Positions 53,328-64,000 of a stretch of DNA of 64,000 bases are shown here, one piece after another (the stretch's first letter is position 1; each line of letters opens with the position of its first letter). Below the pieces are notes generated by a model. It was not told the origin of the DNA. It searched no databases and was given only the letters and a program-made list of their open reading frames with translations. Position numbers and translations under genes: made by a program. The stretch covers positions 29,760,001 through 29,824,000 of the forward strand of contig OX597832.1 in the NCBI GenBank assembly GCA_951406725.2, written 5' to 3'. This DNA is from Octopus vulgaris. Lineage: Eukaryota.

Positions 53328-53510
53328 GGGGAGGGGGCGTGGGTCTAAAGACAGTCCCAGTTAGGTTCCCTGATAGGTTGACGTTCTTTTAAGTGAGGAG
53401 TCGACGGATCGCATCCGGTCCGAAATTCTAAGCCAATCTGCTCATTCGCTTCCTGACATTCCAAGCACTTAACTAACCGGTCACTCAATTCATATCCACT
53501 TCCCACGCGC
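53328..53510. promoter_or_regulatory. Promoter-like motif cluster
   Basis: GC box GGGGGCGTGG, CCAAT at about 53433, ETS-like GCTTCCTG, locally CpG-rich. Confidence 0.25.
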
Positions 53511-53514
53511 ACAC

Positions 53515-53606
<92 letters not shown>

Positions 53607-53824
53607 AAATAGTAGTAATAGTAGTAGTAGAGGAAGGAAGACTAGAAATGGTGGTGGTTGTTGTCTAAGTGAATACAGTTGATAAGGAGAAAATATTTGG
53701 AATGGTTCGTAGACAAAAAGACAGACGGCATCGTGAGTCATAGGGTGTTTCTATCTCTCCCTCTCTCGCTCGCCCTCCCTATATATATATATATATATGT
53801 CTATCTATTCATCTGTCTCTCTAC

Positions 53825-53855
<31 letters not shown>

Positions 53856-53904
53856 TGTATTATGTATGTATGTATGTATGTATGTATGTATGTATGTATG
53901 TGTG

Positions 53905-53933
<29 letters not shown>

Positions 53934-53936
<3 letters not shown>

Positions 53937-54085
53937 GTTAATCCAAACATGAAAGCACAAAAAATCACAACAACGCGAGGACATGGAACAAATATAGTAT
54001 TATTGGACGCTCAGGAAGGAAGGAAAGAAGGAGGGTTTAACGTTTCGAGCGGAGCTCTTCGTCGGAAACATAGGAGAAGGAAAGA
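53934..54085 (-). mobile_element. Microsatellite-embedded repeat with hammerhead-like motif (copy 1)
   Basis: Reverse complement GTTT-CCGACGA-A-GAGC-TCC-GCTC-GAAACGTT-AAAC; related to the elements at 56287 and 59072. Confidence 0.6.
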
Positions 54086-54146
54086 TGTATGTATGTATGT
54101 ATGTACGTATGTATGTACGTATGTATATCTATCTATCCATCTGTCC

Positions 54147-54217
<71 letters not shown>

Positions 54218-54539
54218 CATCTGTGTGTGTGTGTGTATGTGTGTGTATGTATCTATCTATCTACCGCCTTCTGCCTGACGACGATTCTCTGCAAAATTAC
54301 TAGAAACTACTTCGGTTGTTCTGTAAGAAAAACAGGGACTTCCCTGCGTTACACAGAATCGTAATTAAGGGAGTCGGTAGATTATCCTCTTAACAGTGAA
54401 TGCGTTGACACTTCGTATCCTATACAGTAATCCCTCGACTATCGCGGATGTTACGTTCCAAAATCCCCCGCGAGAGGTGAAAATCCGCGAAGTAGAAACA
54501 GTACTGCATTTTTTTTTTTTTGCAATTTGTATATATTTA

Positions 54540-54923
54540 TCTCTATATATATAAAGAGGAAGTTGTCTGTGTATGGCAGGTTTGGCAGCCTTCAACTAAC
54601 ATTAATCTCCACCGAGACCCTGCGGCGCAAGTTGACCAAAATTGAGAGTATGATAGAAGAAGGCTTGCTCTTCCTTCCGTAGAAGGAAAAATTCAAATCG
54701 GACCATGTTAACACCAAAAATTATTTACATCAAAAAGGTGCTTTTTTTCTATGAAAATCCCTATTTTTTACGATTTTTTGACTGCTGTGTCGCCATTTTT
54801 CGCTGTATTTCAACCAGAAAAATGTTCTCTTAAAGAGAATAACAAGCTACATAATGCAAAACTTTTACTTTTCAAAAATTCCAATTCGAAACAAACCCGA
54901 GCAACGCCGGGCGATACTGCTAG
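54540..54923 (+). mobile_element. Non-autonomous Helitron
   Basis: A|TC start, CCCGAGCAACGCCGGG hairpin, CTAG|T end, no TSD. Confidence 0.85.
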
Positions 54924-54980
54924 TTTTATTATAAATGGAAAACAACGCCACGGAGGAATTGACGTAAGCTTAAATAATAA

Positions 54981-55059
54981 ACCGCGATAGCTGAACCGCG
55001 ATAGCTGAACCGCGATAGCTGAACCGCGATAGCTGAACCGCGATAGCTGAACCGCGATA
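54981..55059. repeat. 14-bp tandem repeat (ACCGCGATAGCTGA), 5 full units plus a partial
   Basis: Read directly; perfect units. Confidence 0.95.
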
Positions 55060-55411
55060 TGGCGAGGGATTACTATACTGGCAAAAGTTCTCCAGCCACA
55101 ATTGGACGGATTGACTTTGGCTTCACTGTGTCAAGTTTTCAACATTTCACACTTCATACAACCCCCTCTCCCGCCCCATTATGTCTCCGATGTGAGTCTT
55201 AAGTCCGGCGACTGAAAATATAAATGTTATGAATAATGGTGTAAACATATTCAAATAGATCGATGAAGAATTATCGTTGAAAGTACTTTCATAAGTTATT
55301 TAGGGTTTCGTTTAGAGTAGTGTCTCCGAACTCAGGTTCCACAGTAACTTTCTAGAAAAATGTATGCCCCATCGGTGGTTGGAAAAAAATAACTTTATTT
55401 TTAAAATTTGA

Positions 55412-55848
55412 AGGAGTGGCTGTGTGGTTAGTAGCTTGCTTACCAACCACATGGTCATGGGTTCAGTCCCACTGCGTGGCACCTAGGGCAAGTGTCTTCT
55501 ACTATAGCCTCGGGCCGACCAAAGCCTTGTGAGTGGATTTGGTAGACGAAAACTGAAAGATGCCCGTCCTATATGCATATATATATGTGTGTGTGCGCGC
55601 GCGCGTGTGTGTGTGTGTGTGTATGTGTGTGTGTGTGTTTGTGTGTCTGTGTTTGTTCCCCCAACATCGCTTGAGAACCGATGCTGGTGTGTTTACGTCC
55701 TCGTAATTTAGCGGTTCGGCAAACGAGAACGAAATAATAAGTACTAGGCTTACAAGAATAAGCTCTGGGGTCGATTTGCTCAACTAAAGGCGGTGCTCTA
55801 GCATGGTCGCAGTCAAATGACTGAAACAAGTAAAAGAGTAAAAGAGTA
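55412..55848 (+). mobile_element. SINE family A
   Basis: Near-full-length match to family A. Confidence 0.92.
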
Positions 55849-56163
55849 GTTATATACTTCTCTTAAAGAAATATCCACGCTAGGCCATTAGAATAGCGCT
55901 GTACTGTAGCAAACAGTCTTCACACGGTTTGCGCGGCTTAAGGGATTGGTTTGGTTAGGCTGAGCAGAGATGTAGTTTGTTTGCTGTGAAAAAATGATTT
56001 TCACATTTCCATGTCCCTCTAAGAAAAAAAAAGTAAGAAAAGAAAAATGTTGGATCCCACTCCTACCTCAATTTTCCCAGACCCCACTGAGAATCCCAGA
56101 CCCGCGTTGAGAAGTACTTGTTTAGAGGATCTGTAGGCAACTGGCAGTCTATCTATCTATCTA

Positions 56164-56213
<50 letters not shown>

Positions 56214-56222
56214 TATCTATCC

Positions 56223-56286
<64 letters not shown>

Positions 56287-56288
<2 letters not shown>

Positions 56289-56636
56289 CGGGAAGCTTTA
56301 TGAAAATAGACAAAAGACGAAGGCAGGTGGAAAACAAACGAACAATTGTATTAGTATGGCGCTCAGGAAATATAAATAAAACAAGTCTTTAACGTTTCGA
56401 GCCTACGCTCTTCAACAGAAAGATACACAGAGAGAAAAAAAACACAGAAAGAAGGAGAGAAAAAAATGCGTGCAGTAGCTAACGAATCAACATGGCGATC
56501 TGATTTCGGCCAGAGGTCAAAGATCAAACATGAGACGCGAGAGCGAAATAAGGGGAGATAATAGGGTTGATAATAGGGTTGAAGGACCAGCTAATAGTGC
56601 GTAGGAGGGGTCTGGACGTGTGTATGTATAGGGTTG
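56287..56636 (-). mobile_element. (TA)n-flanked repeat with hammerhead-like motif (copy 2)
   Basis: Reverse complement TCTTT-CTGTTGA-A-GAGC-GTAG-GCTC-GAAACGTT-AAAGA. Confidence 0.6.
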
Positions 56637-57116
<480 letters not shown>

Positions 57117-57172
57117 ACACGCACAGACATATATGTACATACTTGTATGTACACACACACACACACACACAC

Positions 57173-57241
<69 letters not shown>

Positions 57242-58125
57242 TAACCGGTTCATGAAGGCGGTGCCCCAAGTGGATGCACATGTATATAATTGAAGCAAGA
57301 TTTGGCGATCATGACGACTGAGTGATCAAATTCTCAGACTGGAGATTCCAGAGAATCTATTCCATGATTCGCTGACCAAACCGTTGACCAACCTCTGAAC
57401 AAGGAATCACTCAATGTGACTGAAGTAACTAAGAGACAATGTTAATAAATTGGAGTCGAAGATGACATTCTCTTCAGAGGCAATCATGTTTTTACACTAA
57501 AAACTTGGCAGGAACACCGACATTCTCTACCATTTTACTAAAAGACGTTGCATAAAATAAAGAACAGTTTTGTAGACTTTTCTACAAAAAAGTATCCAGA
57601 CGATGATTCGGTTATTTGTTCTGTCGTTGGCCATTTAACCGGCTCAACAACCAGAATCATCCACAGTGCCATTTCTATAGTGAAGCTGGAAGATGTGGTT
57701 TCAAATCTCAAGTGATCCAGTCCAGAATATGCTTATATTTCTGTGATAGTTCTTTGAGTTTATCAATGTTTGTGGCACCTAACTCAATCAGTGCGTCTCC
57801 TTCGAGTGAATTTAAGGCAATATTTATATCAAACAAGGGAAAAAAGGCTAATTCTATCAGTATTTTTTTTTTAAAGTTATCTTACACTTGGAAAGTGGGA
57901 GAGGACTCTGAATTTCAGCCGAACAGTAACTATGTGATCAAGTTGGAGCAACGAGAAAATATTGCCTGTTGACGTATATAATGATGTTAGAGATAAGAGA
58001 AAATGGTAAGTCTTGAAATATGCGTAACTGAGTATCTAGAATTTTCGAAGAAATTAAAAAAAACTAATAAACACGATAAAAGAAAAGTGAAGTAATTGGA
58101 GAGAGAAGTAGATATACACATATAT

Positions 58126-58186
<61 letters not shown>

Positions 58187-58819
58187 GAGAGAGAAGAGGG
58201 GAGACGGAAAGTGAGGGAGTAGAAATAACAGCGGGAATGGTGGACACTTGAAGGAAAACAATTTGTGGAAGACCAGGCAAGAAAATAGGCAGAATTTAGT
58301 TGAATACTAGCATATACAAAACAAATAGAATATTACATAACATGAGAATTGGTAAGACTGTTCAAATAAATAATGTCTTTGTGAGTGAAATATTTGGAAT
58401 AAGAATGATAGCTTTGAACATATATAAATCCAGAGATATCGTAAAAGAAGTGAGAACTATGGCCAACCATTGCGTAATATATTGGATAAAGAAGAAGAGA
58501 GAGAATGAGAGAATGGTGAGAGATTGCCGAGGACTTGTGAGAATTGTAAAAGAAGTCCACCAGAGATTTATAGATTAAACAAACTCCACAGGTTTCTGAA
58601 ACGAATATCTGAATAATATCGTATTCCACGTAAAGCAGAAGGCAACTCTACCAAGGCTAACTGAAGACTTCCGATATTACTGGGACTATCATGAATTTCT
58701 CGGTGTTCTTAATTCTACAATGAGTTGCCATGGGTAAGGATTATTATTATCACTTGGTGTTGTTATTCGGGTTATTAGTCATCTCATTAAAGTACGTTTT
58801 AATTTTCACATTGACATAA

Positions 58820-58998
58820 GGCGACAAGCTGGCAGAATTGTTAGCACGCCATCCAAAATGCCTTAACAGTATTTCGTCCGTCTTTACGTTCTGAGTTCAA
58901 ATTCTGTCGAAGTCAATTTTAACTTTCATCTTTTCGGCGTCGAAAAAATAAGTACAAATTGAGCGCTGGGGTTGATGTAATCGACTTAACCCCTTAAA
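58820..58998 (+). mobile_element. SINE B
   Basis: Head plus degenerate Nin-like domain. Confidence 0.82.
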
Positions 58999-59015
58999 AC
59001 TATTTTTTTTATATT

Positions 59016-59046
<31 letters not shown>

Positions 59047-59071
59047 ACACACACACATATATGTATATATA

Positions 59072-59355
59072 AACAAGAGGACGTTCACAAGGGATGTATT
59101 AGCTAGAAGCCAGTAAAGAAAGTTTTTGACGTTTCGCGTATAGCTTTTCATCGGATCGGAGAGAAGGAAATGTTCAAAGAAGGAAATCACAAACAGCATA
59201 TGTGTAATGTAACTACATCCGTGCTGTTGGCGATTTCTTTTCCTTCTTTTGAACGTTTCCCTTTCTCCCTGCCGACGAAGAGCAATGCTCAAAACGTCAA
59301 AAACTTTCTTTTCTGAGCGTCAAGTTCAAGAGTTCCTTGTGCACGTCCTCTTGTT
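59072..59355. mobile_element. Foldback element with a hammerhead-like motif in each arm
   Basis: AACAAGAGGACGTTCACAAGG ... CCTTGTGCACGTCCTCTTGTT; imperfect arms of about 130 bp; TA-microsatellite flanks. Confidence 0.8.
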
Positions 59356-59409
59356 ATGTGTATGTATTATATACATATATATAAATACATATATATATAT
59401 ATATATATG

Positions 59410-59445
<36 letters not shown>

Positions 59446-59834
59446 GGGGGCGAGAGAGAAGGGAGATAGTGGGAGAGAGAGAGAGAGAACAGGAAGAGTT
59501 TAGGCCCCTGGTGATCTAAACTAATAGGTACGCTGTCTCCAATTGATAAGTTCCTAGGATCCAAGTTCAGCACGGGGGCTGGGGTCAGGGATCCGTAGCT
59601 TACTTCCGATTCAGCGGGTATAGATTAAAGAAAAAGGAAGACAAAATCAAGGCAGGACAAATTTATCAAAAGATTATCGCTAGAAATACGGACAGATAGA
59701 AGAGCAGATCTAAAGGATTGATTATCAGTTGATATTCTTGTACAAAGGTCAGTTTGAGTTGTCTTTTCCTGAAAGGTTTTCTTGCCGGAGATTATGAACA
59801 GTTACCAATACACCTCGGTTTGTATTGGTAATTT

Positions 59835-59950
59835 AACGGTTCGGCAAATGAGACAGATAGAATAAGTATTAGTTCTGGGGTCGATTTGTTCGACTAAAGC
59901 CCTTGAAGGCGGTGTTCCAGCATGGCCGCAGTCAAATGACTGAAAGAAGA
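59835..59950 (+). mobile_element. SINE A 3' fragment
   Basis: CGGTTCGGCAAATGAGACAG...CAGCATGGCCGCAGTCAAATGACTGAAA. Confidence 0.8.
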
Positions 59951-60457
59951 GCCACAGAGTGGCTTTAACATGTCAGAGCCGCCCTCAGTCGAATCTATAT
60001 GAACTGTTCACAGGTATTGAACCCCTTCGATACTCGATTGGTGTCTGTGCATGTGATAATCTGAGAGACGGATCCAGCTGTTAGCCAAGTTTCTGAAACG
60101 TTCGATCTGGTGGCTTTCTTTCACAACGAAAAGCAGAAAGATAACCTTTTTCTTGTGGCCATGACGAGGAAAATTTCGTTGTGGATGCAGCAGAAAGGAG
60201 TTTTTCCTCTTTCAGGATAAAAACTCCTTCTTCGGTAAATTTTATAAAATGTGAATGAGGACGACGAAATGGGGGTGGGAAAATGGGGCTAGACTCTGTG
60301 GTTGTAGATTGATAGCACGAGCAGGGAGGGAGGAGGAGGAGGAGGAAGAGGAAGAGAAGAAGAAGAAGAAGAAGAAGAAGAAGAAGAAGAAGAAGAAGAA
60401 GAAGAAGAAGAAGAAGAAGAAAATCTTAAGAGAGAAAAATAACGATAAAGAGGCTAT

Positions 60458-60852
60458 AGTGGCTGTGTGGTAAGTAGCTTGCTTACCAACCACATGGTTC
60501 CAGGTTCAGTCCCACTGCCTGGCAACTTGGGCAAGTGTCTTCTACTATAGCTGGGAACCGACCAAAGACTTGTGAGTGGATTTGGTAGACGGAAACTGAA
60601 AGAAGCCCGTCGTATATATGTATATATATATGTGTGTGTGTGTGTCTGTGTTTGTCCTCCTAGCATTGCTTGACAACCGATGCTGGTGTGTTTATGTCCC
60701 CGTTACTTAGCGGTTCGGCAAAAGAGACCGATAGAATAAGTACTGGACTTACAAAAGAATAAGTCCTGGGGGTCGAGTTGCTCGATTAAAGGTGGTGCTC
60801 CAGCATGGCCGCAGTCAAATGACTGAAACATGTAAAAGTGAGTAAAAGAGAG
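60458..60852 (+). mobile_element. SINE family A
   Basis: Near-full-length match to family A. Confidence 0.92.
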
Positions 60853-60909
60853 TAATATTAAAGAGAAAAAAAAATCAAGATCAAAAAAAATGCAGATGGG
60901 AAACATTAA

Positions 60910-60946
60910 AATAATAATAATAATAATAATGATGATGATGATGATA

Positions 60947-60977
<31 letters not shown>

Positions 60978-61033
60978 CGACGACGACGACGACGACGACG
61001 ACGATGATGATAATAATAATAATAATAATAATA

Positions 61034-61072
<39 letters not shown>

Positions 61073-61120
61073 TAATAATAATAATAATAATGATAATAAT
61101 AAAAAAAGAAGAAGAAGAAA
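60910..61120. repeat. Compound (AAT)/(GAT)/(GAC) trinucleotide tract
   Basis: Read directly. Confidence 0.95.
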
Positions 61121-61458
61121 AAGAACGAGGAAGAAAAAAGTGGCAATGTTTTTGGTAAACATGTGTAGAAAGAGGGTCTGCAAGAATACGAGTGAGACTA
61201 GTCTAGTTCGGTTTCGAGATAATTTAACCAATCCAACAAGGCTTGGAAAGGTTTGGGCTGAGGTGACGAGCGATGGTAACGAGGGGAAGTATTTCAGTAG
61301 CGTGTCTCGAAGAATTCATCACAGTAAGGCAAGAGACGTCTGACAGTGCAACACTGCTCTTTGGTCGTTCTTATGGAGTGCTGCTGCTGCTGTTGTAGTA
61401 GTTGTTGTTGTTGTTGCTGTTGACGCGGTTAACTTCTTTGCCATTCCTGTTCCAAAAC

Positions 61459-61461
61459 ATG
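61459..61461 (+). CDS. Candidate start-codon-only end of a first exon (ATG|GTAAGT)
   Basis: CCAAAACATG|GTAAGT with a perfect donor; about 300 bp of unique UTR-like sequence upstream with CCAAT at about 61228. Confidence 0.3.
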
Positions 61462-61638
61462 GTAAGTCCATTCTCAATTCATTTCTTCACTTTTAATTAA
61501 ACATTTCGCATTTCGAAAAACAATTTATCTGTTTATTACAAATACTCACATTTATACATACATACATACATACATACGTAAATACATACATGCATCTATA
61601 TATATATATATACATATACATACATACATTCATTCATT

Positions 61639-61675
<37 letters not shown>

Positions 61676-61684
61676 GTACACACG

Positions 61685-61718
<34 letters not shown>

Positions 61719-61741
61719 CACACAGACAGACACACAGACAG

Positions 61742-61793
<52 letters not shown>

Positions 61794-61830
61794 GGATATA
61801 TATAGATATGATATATACACATAGATACAC

Positions 61831-61878
<48 letters not shown>

Positions 61879-62157
61879 GGATGGATAGATAGATAGATAT
61901 ATGAACACGCATACATTCATATTCACTCACACACACACACACACACGCATATTTTTGCACCTAGGAAAATTTTATTATGATTACTCTCACAGATATTCTT
62001 GTAACAGGTGCGTTTGTGCATTTCTGCTGGTATTAATATGTGCACTTAAATGCATATGTGTATATATATGTAAACATGCAGATGCACATGCCTCTGCACA
62101 TCTTCGTGCTTGTGTTTGTCCATGCAAGATATGCATATATTTTATTCATATAGTGTA

Positions 62158-62198
<41 letters not shown>

Positions 62199-62200
62199 AG

Positions 62201-62412
62201 CTTTTCTACTCTAGGCACAAGGCCCGAAATTTTGGGGGAGTGGGTCATTCGATTAGATTAACCCCAGTATGCAACTGGTACTTATTTCATCGATCCCTAA
62301 AGGATAAAGGGCAAAGTCGACCTCGGTGGAATTTGAACTCAGAACGTAGCGGCAGATGAAATGCCGATAAGCATTTCGTCCCGAATGCAAACGATTCTGC
62401 CAGCTCGCCGCC
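62201..62412 (-). mobile_element. SINE B
   Basis: Reverse complement head GGCGGCGAGCTGGCAGAATCG and Nin-like domain. Confidence 0.9.
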
Positions 62413-62509
62413 TTAACAATAATAACAATAATGAAAAGGATTATTACGAAGTGGCACAGCAAACCGGTAACCATTTCGAGTGATCCTTCACTATACACAC
62501 ACACAGACA

Positions 62510-62520
62510 TATGACATATG

Positions 62521-62551
<31 letters not shown>

Positions 62552-62558
62552 GTGTATA

Positions 62559-62596
<38 letters not shown>

Positions 62597-62681
62597 CACA
62601 TGTGTATATATATATACACACACACATATATATATATATATGTGTATATATATATGTATGTATATATATATATATATATAC

Positions 62682-62734
<53 letters not shown>

Positions 62735-62957
62735 TATATATATATATGTATGTATATATGTATTTGTGTATGCATATATATGCATATATAACTTTGATTA
62801 TCTCTCTATACACACACATTCATGTGTATGAGTGTGTACGTATAAATGGCTGTGCGTGTGCCACAGACACACACAAAACACACACACAAACTATACGCAA
62901 CTGTATGCATACAAAATGTGCAGCAATTTTTCTGGTCTGAAAAACATTTCGAGGCCT

Positions 62958-62997
<40 letters not shown>

Positions 62998-63367
62998 GTG
63001 TGAGTGTGCATGTGTATGCGTGTGTGTGTGTGCATATACTTGTGTGCTTGCATCTATGTCTGTGTGTGTGTATGCATATATTTGTATGTGTGTGTGTGTG
63101 TGTGTGTGTGTGCATCTATGTTAGTGTGTGTATGTATGACCGTATGTGTGTGTGTGTGTGTGTGTGTTCCTGTGTGTGTGAGAATGTGATTGATGGAGAA
63201 CAAAGAATAAAGTGTCAAAGGGGATGAGAGGGAGACGGGGGGAGGGGACGGGGCGGAAGGAGTCGCGGAAGGAAATGGTTACACATTCATACATTCGTAT
63301 ATAAGTGTGTGTGTGTGTGTATGTGTGTGCATATATGTATGTGTGTATATACTTGTGAGTGCATACG

Positions 63368-63407
<40 letters not shown>

Positions 63408-63697
63408 TAACAATTATAAATTTGATTGTAATTCATTTTGTCTTCCCTATTATTTTTCATGGTTTTGATTTATCCACACAAGGATGTGTTTTGTGTGTGT
63501 GCATGTGTGTTTTGTGTGTGTGTGCATGTGTGTTTTTGTGTGTGTGCATGTGTGCATGTGTGTGTGTGCATGTCTGTTTTGTGTGTGTGCATGTGTGTGC
63601 GTGTGTGTATACACTCACACACACACACACACACTTTATATGTGGATTAACAAAGAGAATCGACCAAATACTCTGTTGAACTCGATATTATCGTGTG

Positions 63698-63733
<36 letters not shown>

Positions 63734-63818
63734 GAAAGATAGATAGACAGATAGATAGATAGATAGATAGATAGATAAAGAGACAGATAGATAAAGAGAC
63801 AGATAGATAGATAGATAT

Positions 63819-63855
<37 letters not shown>

Positions 63856-63940
63856 AGGGTAGACAAATAGATAGAAAGCTATGTATGTACATAAAGACAG
63901 ATCACTCACACACGTGTGTGTGTGTGTGTGTGTTTATAAG
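62510..63940. repeat. TA/TG/GATA/GA microsatellite-dominated region
   Basis: Read directly. Confidence 0.9.
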
Positions 63941-64000
63941 AGGAAACGAAGAAACAACAAAGAAATGAAAAACGGAAGGAAATATAAAGAGAAAGAAAGA

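Larger units (their letters stand above)
54425..55075. mobile_element. Tigger/pogo-like MITE with nested Helitron
   Basis: TA-CAGTAATCCCTCG ... CGAGGGATTACTA-TA termini. Confidence 0.82.

Noticed and set aside
54275-54312. CTGACGA...GAAAC hammerhead-like core
   Set aside because: Stems do not form

Overview
Eukaryotic, AT-rich and extremely repeat-dense window. The SINE families and very long di-, tri- and tetranucleotide microsatellites suggest a coleoid cephalopod, probably Octopus (inferred from recognised repeats, not verified). There is no intact protein-coding gene, and most ORF-track entries are microsatellite translations. The window holds many copies of three tRNA-headed SINE families and decayed retroelements (RTE, Tx1/L1, CR1, Hero-like and R4/Dong-like RLE elements, Gypsy, Penelope). 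It also holds DNA-transposon derivatives (hAT MITEs with perfect 8-bp TSDs, mariner, Tigger-like, Merlin-like, Helitrons). Two candidate first coding exons point outward: one on the minus strand at 7206 (MEEDVSQ, RFX X-box-like site upstream) and one on the plus strand at 61459 (ATG|GTAAGT), so most of the window may be intergenic. The most interesting signals are: a microsatellite-embedded family with minimal hammerhead-ribozyme-like motifs and co-varying stems (54-59 kb); a same-strand nest of R4-like fragments in (TTA)n tracts (25-28 kb); SINE multimers under a single TSD; and a tRNA-like segment in a Penelope 3' end. All family names come from motif recognition without database searches.
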